DNA of 64,000 bases from Chara braunii (Eukaryota; Plantae; Charophyceae): assembly GCA_003427395.1 (NCBI GenBank), contig BFEA01000035.1, positions 4,799,343 through 4,863,342 of the forward strand. The letters are read 5' to 3'. Below the pieces are notes generated by a model that had not been told where the DNA came from, did no database searches, and saw only the letters and a list, made by a program, of their open reading frames with translations. Below are positions 35,716-48,401 of the stretch, piece after piece; position 1 is the stretch's first letter; every line of letters starts with the position of its first letter. The position numbers were made by a program, and so were the translations under genes.

Positions 35716-38668
35716 TTTGTCATTTCCCCCGTCCAGTGGATAAAAGTATGTAGATATGTTACCAGTAAGAGGTGCGGGCAAGTATCCGTTGATCGGAAGT
35801 GGGAGAAATTACTACAAGTGATCGTGATATTGTTAGCTCTATCTACGCAGATACGGTGGTTGCAGAAATATGTGGATCGTTGGATTCGTCTGTATAAGCT
35901 ATACCGTCTTGATTTCCTGGATAAGCATGGGGTCGTTTATGTTGTTGTATCCCCATATTGTAAACATGCTTATGTTGGGAAGACGGGTCGTACCTGCGAC
36001 GTGAGATGGCGAGAGCATTTATACGTAGTTCGGAAACGTACTCAGTCCCACTTTCATCGTTGGTTGTCTTCCTTTGGCATAGGTAACTATGTGCTGCTTC
36101 CGGTTGATGTTTTTGATGGTAAGGATCTGGCTAGATTGGAGGAACTGTACATTGCTAGGTAGTCTCCGTTTTTGAATTCCAACGGCACAAGGAAGTCTAA
36201 GAAGCTGGGAAATAGAAAACTCGGTCGGAAGGAAAGGGGTAGAGGGAAGGCTATCAGACCGTTTGAGCGTAGAATTGAACCTGTACGTTTTTATTGTTAT
36301 CGGACAGGCGTTGACTTTCTTGACCTTTACACTTGTTTGGACAGTGTCCAAGACTCAGGAAAAGATTTATGGCAGTTTAAATCGAAGGGTGGTACTGATT
36401 GGACACCAGCATGGAAGAAACTATCCCGAATGTTCGGTGATAGTAAAGTGAAGATTGATGGCGAGTGTCGACCACTAAAAGAGTGTAAGCTGTAGTTGGA
36501 AAGGGGAGGCGATTTTGAGATTGTACATGTCGTGAAGTGGCAAGCAAAATGTAAATTTATGAAGAATGTGTTAATTGGAATTTTGAGGAATCCTCAAAAG
36601 TTGAGCGATATCTATAAGTGGGGGATGAGTGCGGTTCTTAGGCTTTACCGAGTGATCAAAGACTTTTCCAGGAATTCCACTCGTAAGTATTTACGAAGAT
36701 TGGTCTCTCGGTGTTTTCGGGACAAATTCAACTTAAGTTTCGCTTCAGATCTTACACTCCGGATTAAGTATGATGACCAAGTTGTGATTTCTGAAGTTAG
36801 GAAGGTGGCTAACGACGTTTTGATGAGTTGTCCCTTGCCGTTATGTTTTGTTCATCGCGCATGGAGGAAAATTCGGATAGTAGGAACAAAAAATCCTACC
36901 ATTGCCGATTTGTTGCATAACCATCGAAGAGCTTCCTTGAGTGGTGTGCTTTCCTGCAATTGTGCAGGTATGATTTTCCCTCGCGTGAACGGACATGTGA
37001 TGTTCAGACTGAGTGAGGTAGCGGACTTGCACCCACTCTTGTCAAACGCGAACAACATTCCTATTGTCGAACGGACAGACAGACTCAGCCTTTTACGTGA
37101 AGAGATTAGTGCAGGTTTTAAACGCTGGAAGAATCTGAATGATTTTGTTCCGGACTGCTCCACTTTGGATTTGACCACTTGCATCACAGATGGGGACCAA
37201 GTGTCCAACTGTATCCGTCAAGGATGTGTTAGCTTTGAAACAGAGATTGGAAGGTTTGGTAATCGCCCCAGTGGATAGGAATCCAGACGAATCCGTTGTG
37301 CTATGCCCTGGTACTTATTATGAAGCAATGATGGCGACATTCGTGTGTAACCCCGAATACCGGATTATTCCCTACTCGAAAAAAGAAGCCTTACGAGAAT
37401 TGCGGGAAGACGTTAGACGAAAGAACTTGAACCGGGTAGTGCAGTGGGAAACCAAAAGGACGTTTGGCGCTGCGTACGTAATTCCGAAACATAAGGACTT
37501 GTGCCGTTTCAGGCCGATCTGTCCTTCATATATGGAACCAATGGCACGTACTGCACGCTTGATGAGTAGAGTCTTTAATCACCTGCTCTACAACTTACCG
37601 AAGGATTGACATTTTAATTTGAAATCGGTGTCGGACCTTACCGGGAGCTTGGACAAAATTAACAGGAAGCTGAGTAAACTGGGAGGCATACGACAGATCT
37701 CCTCCTACTCCTTCGACGTGAAGGAGATGTTCAGCAAGTTGCCTCACAGCGTAATGCTGCAAGCCATCGACTGGATTGTCAATCACTTCCTGTCCAAGGG
37801 TTTTCAATTCATCCGAGTCAACACACGTGGGAAGGGAGAAACCTTTGGGGTCACCACAGGAGCTGATCACTGGAAAAAGCTTGATCTGACTGATATTGTG
37901 AAATTTGTCTATGTTGAGGTTGAACATACCTTCTGTTTCGCGACTGGAGTCTTGTTGAAGCTAGAATTGGGTGTACTCATGGGTAAGAGCATGAGCACCC
38001 CGATTGTTTGCATCATGTGTGCATATTCTGAATATCAGATGATGCATTCCCTGGGGAGGTTGAACCGCTGTTTTGGGGCATTAAGACTGATCGACGATGT
38101 TCTGTTGGTCATTTAGAGTAGAAATGAGGCAATGAGAAGGAGTATTTTTGAAGGACTTACAGGTTGCTATCCAGAGAACTTGTCCCTGAAAAGGACTGAT
38201 GACAACTCTGGAATTTTGGAATTTCTGGGCTGTCAAATTTGTACACAGCAGAATTACCCATTCCTGGGTAGTGTGCAGTTGTCCAGGAACAAGTCCAGCA
38301 TCTGGGGTGAGGAACCCTTGAAGATACAGAACGGACAGTTCTTCTATTCCTGGGGAAGTAAGAAGCATAAGAGCGCAGTAATTGGGAGCCATCTGCACCG
38401 TATCAATCAGAACACGTCGATACGATCGGAGATTCCGGTGAAAGTATTGGGACTCCAACAAGAACTGGTGAAAAAAAATTTTCCCATCAAGTTTGTGAAT
38501 AGAGTTTTTCGGCGCTACGGTGACAGAAGAGACCAACTCTGGAAGAATACCATAATCTCATTTGTGACACATAAGTTCGGCGTTTACTGTGTTTGGATTT
38601 TTACCACAGGGTTTGATTGTTCGACCAGGCGGATCAGAGTATTGAAACTGTCTGCTAGGGCCTTTTGA
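35716..38668 (+). pseudogene. PLE GIY-YIG endonuclease plus reverse transcriptase
   Basis: GVVY..(9)..YVGKTGR...RWREH...E (GIY-YIG); SCNC...GHV; PVDRN...C; RFRPI; SFDVKEMF; GVLMGKSMS; RLIDD; LEFLG; one frameshift near 37200. Confidence 0.9.
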
Positions 38669-39119
38669 GACCAATTGTTTGTTTTGCTTTTTCTTTCCTT
38701 GTTTTGGCAGTGCCTGTTTGTCGGCGGTAGTTAGAATATTGGATGAATGAGTAGTTTAGTGTTGTAACCTTTGGCGGATTAGCGGACATCCTGCCTCTGA
38801 TGAGGGGTCTGGTCCGACTGACATTTTGAAGTTTGACGATAAATAGGTAGACATTAGCGGGACTAATCCTCTTGGGCTCCCGCGACGTTTGGTTGACCGT
38901 GACGACGGTGAGCTGAAGCGCGGGGCGGAACGTGGAGAGAAGGTGGTTCTTGGGTGTGTAGGAACGTTTTGTGGAAACCCGGTTTGGTTTGTCATTGTCT
39001 ACTTGTCTACCGTCACCTCGGTGACTGTGTGTTCCTTTGCACTGTGTGCCTTCACTATGTGTTTGCATCTGCTTTCACTGCGTGTTTGTCACTACTGTGT
39101 GTGAACCAACATCATAATC
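38623..39119 (+). repeat. 3' pseudo-LTR of the Penelope-like element
   Basis: Near-identical to 33810-34307; overlaps the end of the RT ORF, as is typical of PLE repeats. Confidence 0.95.
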
Positions 39120-39536
39120 ATAATCATATCGAAATTATTTACCAAATTTAAAATAACAATTTTATTTTATTTTATTTTATTTTTTTGCCCGGTCGGGCAA
39201 GTGGCCCCGGGCCACTCTGGTAGCCTAGGGAATGACATTTTTTAAGATAGAATAAAAATGTAAATTTTAGAATGTAATTTTATTATGGAATGATTATTTA
39301 ATTTTAGGATTTTTTTTTCTGTTGCCCTAAATAGGGCCAGTTTATTAGTTTTCAATTTCGTTAAGAAAATAAAATATGTCCGTTTTGACGAAATTGTTGT
39401 TCCCCCAACTTTCCTCTGATCTTCCCATTGCGTTACATGTAACATTTCGGTTACTAGAACTTTTTGCATGGCAACTTGGATAAGCGCCATGTGAATTTGA
39501 GAGTTTGTGATGGCCCGTGTATTAACACCAGCGCTC

Positions 39537-39587
39537 ACCCCTGATGATGGCCGGTGTCTGGCGGCCCGGCCGAAACACGTGTAGGGT
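39537..39587 (+). ncRNA. Minimal type I hammerhead ribozyme, intact
   Basis: ACCC-CTGATGA-tGGCCGG-loop-CCGGCC-GAAAC-ACGT-GTA-GGGT: stem I ACCC/GGGT, 6-bp stem II, palindromic stem III ACACGTGT, GUA cleavage triplet. Confidence 0.92.
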
Positions 39588-39896
39588 ACTTCCCGCCAGT
39601 TGTGCTTCAGGTTCATGACGCTCGGCACTTTCCGTGCTCTGTGTCACTTTCGCTGTGCTTTATTGTTTATCTTAATCCGATTGATGCGCTCGGGGTTTCT
39701 TTCTTTCTTTTCCTTCCTTCTACTTCCTTCTTTGTCTTGTCTGAGTCTTGTCTTGTCTCTCTGCATCTGAGTGCTTGCACTTATGCCATGTATGTCGCTA
39801 ATCTTAACACGGGCATGTAGAAAAAATTGCTTTGCCGGGATTTAGTGGTAATTAGAACCTTTAATGAGATTCAAGATTTAGGCTCTTTGCTTCAGG

Positions 39897-39981
39897 TTTT
39901 CTTGAATTTTCTTGAATTTTCTTGAATTTTCTTGAATTTTCTTGAATTTTCTTGAATTTTCTTGAATTTTCTTGAATTTTC
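39897..39981. repeat. (TTTTCTTGAA)n 10-bp tandem repeat
   Basis: About 8 perfect units. Confidence 0.95.
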
Positions 39982-40592
39982 GTTGTTGTTCTCTGTCGAA
40001 GCCGGGTAATGTCCCCGGTATCTCAAATTGTTTTCTATATTTTCATAAGTGACGCTAGGCCTGGTTCCTAGCACGTGTTGTTCCCATAAATAGATTGAAG
40101 CACTATTAAAAAAAACAAAAAAACAAAAGGGGCTCTTTGCTTCTTGCTTTGGTGTGCCTTGTAATTGAACCTTGCTCTCTTCCTGTGCGTGTGGTCTCTC
40201 TCATCCATTTCCTCCATTGTGCCTTAATTTTATTGTCGTTGGCCACGTTAATTGTATTCGCCTCACTCTTCCTTTTCTGCTTCTTGATCTGAATTGTCTT
40301 CCCTCCACCTGACTTCTTCTTGGCACCTGCGCATGCGGCACATCCTGTCCTGGCTCAAGCCTATGCATCCCTTTGAATGCTATGTATGCGAGGTGGGCGG
40401 CGTACATCCCGTACAGCAGGGGGGTTGGGGGCCGGTGCGCACAGTGAGCGCTTCCCCGAACACGACGTACCCTCATGTTGGTTGCACTAGACCGGAAAAA
40501 TAGCTTGTGTAGGGTGCATTGTGTTTGTGGAGAGATTGAACCCTGATAACGAACGTATACAAGGTCAGTCTGGTGCAGCCCCCCCCCCCCCC

Positions 40593-40685
<93 letters not shown>

Positions 40686-40775
40686 GATGCACAAGAAAAA
40701 GTAATATGCTTTTAAAATTCGAAATAAAAACACCAAAAGACCTCCTTCTTCTTTTTCCCGTATATTAGACTTCGG

Positions 40776-40939
40776 GGGCCAAGTCCCACTAGCAGCGTTG
40801 AGCTACCTCAACGCCTGAATCTGGACGTGTTTGTCGAGACGTGCAGTTCAGGAAACTCAACACCATTTCTGCACATCTCTGCAAAAGCGTCCAGATTCAG
40901 GCGTTGAGGTAACTCAACGCTGCTAGTGGGACTTGGCCC
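40776..40939. mobile_element. PIF/Harbinger-like MITE (hairpin, ~164 bp)
   Basis: TIR GGGCCAAGTCCCACTAGC; TSD CGG; near-identical to 61450-61613. Confidence 0.9.
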
Positions 40940-41319
40940 CGGGGGCTGCTGCCCCACGGTGTTTTTTTTTTTTTTTTAGCCTTGGAAATCCCACGAACAA
41001 TTGGTTCGTGGGTAGATTGCATGTGAGTACAACGGGGTTTTTGTACTCGTGTACGTGAGTTCTGACCGATGTGTTCTCAGTTTTAAAAAGTGAAATTTGT
41101 CAGAAACAGTTTCTCGAAAACTAGCCAGCAAAGCAATGAGTATTTTTTCAATTAAACAAAAATCAAAATTGTGTTCGACTCATCACAAAAGGTAATACTT
41201 CGTATCAACCGTATTTTCGAGTTATTGCCTCAAAATCAATCGAGCAAGCTCACAGGTCGCCGCCTTGGTTTCAATGTGTACAGGTAAATAACATATTAAT
41301 ACATTTTGATATTCGTGAA

Positions 41320-41790
41320 TTTCTGCTTTTTCTTTTTCTTGCATCTGAGGCAGCCCTCTATTGTCAGTCTGCAGTCGGCACGGATTGCTCGTCTGATGCT
41401 TGCCTTAAAGTGGAACACATGCTGTAAGATACAGGGTTCCTCTCCTCTGGACACCCTTGCATTTCTTGCATTCCAAATGGTCTCCATCAGAGCTTCTATG
41501 CATGCCAAGGGCACATACCCCCAGTCGGACTTGAAGGCCATGTGGGGGAAAAGAATTCCATAGAGCATATATTCATCATACCATGGGTAGGCATTTTCTG
41601 TAATCCTCCTCCAGTGGATTTTTCACCATTCGATTAGCCCGTCCACCATAGGGCAGAATAGCCAGAGGTAGGCATATGATCCCCAACCCCAATTACACGG
41701 GAGGCAGGGACTCGATTGACATCCCTTCAGTTACTAACCAGACGGCAGTAGGGACGTCATTAGACACTCCTCAGGATGTCCTCGGACTCC
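41320..41790 (-). mobile_element. L1-clade ORF2 C-terminal fragment
   Basis: WGYV...IWNARN...SIRRAIRAD aligns with LINE A/B C-termini (WGYV..IWKERN). Confidence 0.7.
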
Positions 41791-42339
41791 GAGGACGAAT
41801 CCTCAGGGAAATTTTGGAATTTTGGCGGCGCCGTTCCACCTAGTATCCTCTGAGCGTCGGCTTTAGAACTAGTCCTAAGAGTGATGTCAGGGGGGAAAAA
41901 AACGAAAAACAAAAGAAACAGTTGTGCTTTAGGCTTTCGGCCAACAGGGTGGCACCGCGATCCGGATTCTGGGTTGTAAATTGTAAGGTACCACTGCGTG
42001 CATGCCCTCTCCTCTCCGTGAGACACGGATCCTTCGGCTCCACATGACCTCCCGAGGTCCATTGGAGCCAAGGACGATTTGGCTGGGAATCCTCGGACCT
42101 CAAGGGATTTTTTTTTATTTTATTTTTTTTGAAATACCAGGGCTATTACCTGGCTTTGGCTAAGAACAATCTTTTTTTTTTTTTCCTCACAGTCTACTCG
42201 GAGTGACCGAACCGAAATTGCCGAGAACCGAGCTCAGCGTCCCCCATATGGTGATGATGATGAGCTTCTGCTGATTCTATGTAAACTATGAGATAATCAT
42301 ACTAGTGATGATGATGCTAATGACAATGATGATTAGTAG

Positions 42340-43260
42340 ATAAAAAATATAGAAGACTATACTATATCAGCAAATTTTGGCCTCCTAATCCTAGAACAAC
42401 TTCTAGCCCTCCCTATACCCGGACATAACAACTCAGAGACAATGCCATCCTAACCAATATCAACCAAAGTTGACATGTTCTCGCCACCTGGACTATCCCC
42501 GGACCCATAGGTTGTCTAGGCAGGCCCCCCCGGTGTCCACTGGATTGCCTTCCTCCCTCAACAAAACCCCAAATCTCTCTACAAGGCCTCAGACTCCTGC
42601 CAATTGCAGGTTACAGGGCATTGCCCCAGCTCCGACCAGCGTCGTTCTGGCATCGGCAAACCAGGGGCACAGAACAAAGCAACTCTGCCAATATCAGTCC
42701 AGATTCGACCATCTTTGAAATCCTATATCCCAAATGAGGAAGAAGGCCAGATGCTGCCAAGAATTACAGAACACTAGACAAGGTTATTTTTGTTTTTTTG
42801 ATGATGATGTTGATGATGATGAGTGTGTAAAAATATAGAAGACTATGCTATGTCAGCAATTATGGTCTCCTAATCCTAGAACAACTCCTAGCCCTCCCTG
42901 TACCAAGACATTACATCTCAGAGACAATGCCATCCTAACTAATGCCAACCGTAGCTGACTTGTTCTCGCCACCTAGACTATCCTTGGACCCATAGGTTGT
43001 CAAGGCAGTCCCCCCCGGTTCGCCACTGGATTGCCTTCCTCCCTCGACAAATTCTCAGATCTCTACAATGCCTCACACTCCTGCCATTTGCAGGTTACAG
43101 GGCAACACCCCAGCTCCGGCCAGCGTCGTTCTGGCATCGACAAAGCAAGGGCATAAAACAAAGCAACTTTGCAGATATCAGTCCAGATTCGACCATCTCT
43201 GAAATCCTATAGCCCGAATGAGGAAGAAGATCAGATGTTGTAAAAAATTACAGAACACCA
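42340..43260 (-). repeat. Tandem duplication (~485-bp unit) of the family E module
   Basis: 42340-42775 matches 42825-43260; contains the reverse complement of the GGCGTTGCCCTGTAACCTG module. Confidence 0.85.
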
Positions 43261-44724
43261 AAACGTTTGATATAACATGATTGAAGACTATGAAATTTTG
43301 AAGGACTTGTTCTGTTGAAGTTAATCACCCCCCTCCCCTCATTCCCACCCTATCCCAATGCTGCCTCCACCGAAACGGATTACCCAGATCATAGGCATCC
43401 CATCTCAGCCCCAACTTGCGACAATCCCACATTCCCCGCCATTATCCCTCAAAGGCATACAGTTTCCTCCCAAAGTATGCCTCTGGCCACCTTTTACCCT
43501 AGTCTGCCCCCGCTGGGATGTGTATCCCCACCCCAACCCCAAAATCGAGCAACCCACTAAATCCGCTCGCACCCCCTCCAAGGCTTCACCTCCCACCTGG
43601 TGTCTCCCCTGCAGAGTGGAGCTCTCCCCTGTTCACTCCATCTTTCATCCATCAAGTAAAAAACGTTCATGCACAGAGAGGAGAATATAGATACCAGGAA
43701 CAGGCATTCGAACCAAAGAAATTTACGCTGGAGAAATTTTGAAGACCAGGTTTTTATAAAAGAATTAGATAAGAGTCATCTCATGGAAGCAAATGCAGCA
43801 AAAATTAAAACATGGAAAGTAAAAATGCAGACTAGAGAAATCTAGAAGACCAGGTTTCTGCAATAGAATTGGATGAGAGTCAGCTTATGGAAGCAAATGC
43901 AGCGAAAACAAAACCATGGAAAGTGAAAATGTAGATTGGAGATTCAAAAATTCAAAATGTATGAATTTAGGTATTAAAAATACCAATCATCTTAGTTCTA
44001 GGAGTTGAGAGTTTGATGATTCTGGAATATTCAGGAGTATTATTTAGATATTTAGAAGTCTAGAAATTTAATTTTGATCATTAATTAGGATATTATTTTA
44101 GTGGAAAGAATTGAATGGTTATTAGGATGATTTAATTTATATTTATGATGATTGGATGTTGATTAGCTCTGATGTGGTTGCCATGCGCGAGCAGACAGCA
44201 CACGAGCAGGCGGCGTCAGCATGCAAGTAGTCAACGCTCTAGCAGCCAGCGCACGAACAACCATCACGCTAGTAGCTAGTGCATGAGCAGCCATCATGCG
44301 CGCAGCCAGCGCACGAACAGCCAGCACACTAGTAGCCAGCACAGCTTCCAGCACCCACACAGCCATGCCCGCTGACCATATAGAGAAAAATTGGTTCTAC
44401 TCTATTGACATTCAAATAAGAACAAAAGAGAACAAAACATACGAGATTTTGAAAAAAAAAAAAAAAGTGAGATGCACCCCCCCTCCCTCTTTTCTCTAAG
44501 AATCCCTAATCCCTACCCCTCTCGCGCTACCTCATCTCCTCCCACTCTCCCTCCCCCCTCCTACATATTCAGCCCCCTCCCCCATCCTCCCCTTCTCCAC
44601 TTTCTACCATCCTCTCCCCCCATCTCCCATCTCCTACCCCAGAAAAAAGAGGGTGAAGTTGAAGGGTATGAGAGAGGAGGGAAAGAAGGAGAGAGAAAGA
44701 CTACCAATGAAAAGAGGTAACCAA

Positions 44725-44803
44725 GAGTGGATGATAATGATAATGATGATAATGATGATGATGAAGCTGTTACCCTTCTAAAAGAGTGTCTCTCTTCTCA
44801 GTA

Positions 44804-44847
<44 letters not shown>

Positions 44848-44930
44848 GATAATGATTATGATAATTAACGATGATCATGATGACAAAATTGAAGATGAAG
44901 CTGATGATGACAACCATCTTGATAATGATA
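44725..44930. repeat. (GAT)n microsatellite region
   Basis: Direct reading of the sequence. Confidence 0.9.
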
Positions 44931-45599
44931 CCACTGCTGCCTTGCTGCTGCTCTGTTCCTGTAGAAAGCTCGCTATCTCCTTCATTCACCCCGCAGCCCG
45001 TACTTGTCATCACGACACTTCAACCAAAGAGGTACTCTTACCACCTCCAGGTCATGCGCTCTCCATCGCCAGCACTTGCTCCACAACGAATACATGAAGA
45101 CAAAGCCATGCCTCTCAATCACTTATTCCCCTCGCCAGCAAGCAGCCCGAATAGATGATGATGAAGATACGTGTGCCGCATGATGAGCGTACTCCTGGCA
45201 TTGATGACTACAAAACCCCATCGCACCCACTCTGCATGACGAACAGTATTCCAGCATCCTTGTCAAGAAAGTATGCTCCCTCACGAAAACCAACCTCCCC
45301 TTCTCTCTGCGCACCAGCCTGTGGTGCCGCTAGAGGAAAGTACGAAGCAAGCACTCCCCCTTCATAGCCAAAAATAGCAGCCTGCCTTCTGCCTGCCAGC
45401 AGAAGCGCCCGCCAGCAGCAGCGCCCACCAGCAGCAGCGCTTCCGCCAGCAGCGCCCGCCAGCAGGCACCCGCCATCAGCAGTGCCTGCCAGCAGCGCTT
45501 CCGCCAGCAGCACCCTCCATCAGCAGCACCCGCCAGTAGGCACCCGCCCTGGACCCCAAGGATTTGTCTTCGGAGCGTTGTCACATTTTGATTTGGAAT

Positions 45600-46395
45600 T
45601 TCAACTCGAAGGACAGGAGTACAGAGACGAAATGCTTGGAATAGCGTCCCCGAGGAGTGTCTAATAACGCCCTAGCTGTCACTCTCATTGTCTGGAGCCA
45701 CATGACTGGTGCTTGCTTCTGAACCCGGAATTTCTTCAGGGCATGCCTCAGCTGTCTGGTATCTATGGGATCTAGCCAGTGAGACGAGTAGGGGGGTTCG
45801 CTTATGGATTTTCTGTTGGACTGCTACTCCCGTCTTGGATCTGTAAAATTGCCGTGGATGAATCTGGGTATGTGGATGGGACCGTCAGAATCTCTGTTTC
45901 CATACGGATTGCTTCTCTGAGTTATCTCCCCCTGCTCCTCAGATCAATGATCCATGTTGAATCTTCACCCCCTCCCCCAGATCTGGCCTTAGTACTAGCC
46001 AGATCCCGGTCGGGTTTGAAGGTAACCGAAGCCGGGTGCCTTCGGTGTTCGCCACTGCTGGACTGAGGAGGTGAGTACAGGCCCTGCCAACCGCCTCCTT
46101 CAAGTGTCCTAAAAGCATCATGAATATGTTGTGCAGTCCCGGAAGCTTCCTTCTCAAGGCCGCCTGATCCATCGAATCTCCTTCATTCTCATCCCAAAAA
46201 CATCTCCGATTTTTACGACTCCTGCGGAACGAAGATAGGTGATCGGCAATCCCACAGTTGCCAGAAGGGCTTTGGGGCTAGAGTCGGAGGACTGGAATGT
46301 GCTTAGTACAGGGACTGTTTTTTGACCCAGGTAGGGTAGTCTTTCTGTTCTAAATTTGTTCTCCCCCAAATATTGCAGAGAATAGGGTAGGGTAA
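45600..46395 (-). mobile_element. L1-clade ORF2 post-RT fragment
   Basis: YLGENKF...LRSAGVVKIGDVF resembles LINE A/B PLFEN...RGV.RV.DMW. Confidence 0.5.
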
Positions 46396-47233
46396 TCCGT
46401 TTGGACCCCTTTTCCTGCAAGTGCAGCTCCCCACCAAATTGATGGATCTGGAGCAACCGGACGACTGCAGCTGGGTAGGGCTGCTCTTAATCACCCTTCC
46501 CAAACAGCCAGTCGGGCTTCGGAAAAAAAAAGAAAAGAAGAAAAAGAAATGTAATCTTGAGTCTGTGTCTGGTCAGAGTAGGGTAGCCAAGATTAGGGTA
46601 GGGGGTGATCTTGAGTGTGCTCAGAAGTGCAGTCAGTCAGTGATTTGCTGCTGCTGATGTCTTCCCTGAGTTTTGTGCAAAGTGTCTCGTAAAGTTTTCC
46701 ATGTCCTGGTTTCCCAGCCAAATCTTTCGCCTGACCAATCAACCAAGTCAGCTATTGCTTCCTTGGTGATGCTTGCCGTGCTGGTGTTGCCTCGTCCATA
46801 GATCTGTGTCTCTGTATCCGGGGTGCAAGACCCAGATGGACGGATTCTTTATTTCTGGCCATTGATCTTTTTTTTTTCGAAAAAGAACTGCCCAAGGTAA
46901 TGCTAGGGGTGCTGATAGGAGCAGGCACCGCTAACATACCCGGGGAGGCTCCATCTATTGGTGGGGAGCAGCACCTGCTGGAAACCGGGTCCAGCGTCCC
47001 TGAACAATATAATGGTTGCTGGTTAGGATTGCCGGAATGGTTGCTTTGACAGAACTGGCAGTAAATTAAAGCTGCAGAGTGTTTTTTTTTTTTTTTTTTT
47101 TTTNNNNNNNNNNNNNNNNNNNNNNNNNNNNNNNNNNNNNNNNNNNNNNNNNNNNNNNNNNNNNNNNNNNNNNNNNNNNNNNNNNNNNNNNNNNNNNNNN
47201 NNNNNNNNNNNNNNNNNNNNNNNNNNNNGCTAA

Positions 47234-47265
<32 letters not shown>

Positions 47266-48327
47266 GGGAACAGGCCCTTGTACAAGGCCTCTATCCTGGT
47301 GGTGGTAAGAACAGCTAACTTGATTGCCTACATGGCAGTATAAAGTACTAGGGGATCCTAACCATATCAGGGCCCCCGGCCACTCCCTCTGGTCATGAGG
47401 GCAAAGGGATAAAACGCCCCTCTCCGTTCATGTCACGCGTAGCCTTCTTGACTGAGTCTTGTGGCCTGGTGGCCTTACCTATGATTGAACATACAATAGA
47501 CCAATTCTCATCACATGCAGGCAAGCACACCCCTTGTTCCCCTACCTCCACCCTCAGGAACCCGATGCAGTGATGTGCGCTTTGTGCTGGTTGGGTAGTG
47601 TTGTATGCCATCGGGGCCATTGATGATCTTCATAATTGACCGTCAGTAATCTAGAATAATTCTGGTAATTGGGGCTTATAACTCCGGGTTCGCCCTTCCT
47701 CCATTTTCTGACATGCAGTCTACTGGTGAATGCTCTTTTTGTTCGCGTTCTCTTTTGAGAAAACTAGGGCGCAGTTAGGGTTTGAGTTTGAAAATGCGAT
47801 AATTCTGAATCATGCAAAAAGGTCTGGTTGCACTAGTCTCCGTAGGCCAAGTTTGGCGAGTAGGCGCCTGGTTGCACTTACTCACCAAACTTGGTGCGTG
47901 GAAACGTGTCAGAACTTTCGCCGAGTCTCCTTTTCCAATCCGCCACAGAGTGCGGTGAGTTCCCGACTCTCTACTGCTATTTTGTGGAGGGTCATCCTCG
48001 TGAAACCCCACAAAACAACTTCTTGGTGAGTGCAGTGCTTCACGAGTAGAGATCAGGCAGACAATTTTTTATTACTTTTCTGTGGAAGAAATATAGAGGC
48101 GAGTAAGTGCAACCAGGCCAGGCCTCAGCTTTTTTCACTCTCCACACATCCGCCACGAATTGTGGCCGTGGCAAGTAGTGCAACTAGGCCCAAAGGCCTG
48201 AAAATGTCGAATGTAGACAAGCTAGGTTTTGGGCGGGGAACGGTCACGTGGGAGTGTGTTATGTTTGGGGGAATGCCTGAACTGCATTTTCAAACTTTTT
48301 TCATGACTTTCCCATAGTAGTTACCCC

Positions 48328-48401
<74 letters not shown>

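Larger units (their letters stand above)
33786..39123 (+). mobile_element. Penelope-like retroelement with N-terminal GIY-YIG (Chlamys-type architecture), decayed
   Basis: ~497-bp direct repeats, candidate 9-bp TSD TCATATCGA (33777-33785, 39124-39132), GIY-YIG upstream of a PLE-type RT; no integrase, RNase H or PBS seen. Confidence 0.88.
33611..39228. mobile_element. hAT-like MITE interrupted by the Penelope-like element
   Basis: TIR CTAGGCTAC / GTAGCCTAG; 8-bp TSD GGAATGAC at 33603-33610 and 39229-39236. Confidence 0.8.

Noticed and set aside
33810-39119. LTR retrotransposon interpretation (direct repeats plus gag knuckle)
   Set aside because: No TG..CA ends, PBS, protease, RNase H or integrase; the RT motifs and GIY-YIG indicate a Penelope-like element.
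39897-39981. CRISPR-like array
   Set aside because: A plain tandem 10-mer without spacers, in a eukaryotic context.
44786-45584. Asp/Met/His/Ala-rich ORFs
   Set aside because: Products of (GAT)n and CAGCAG-type low-complexity repeats; no domain or gene structure seen.
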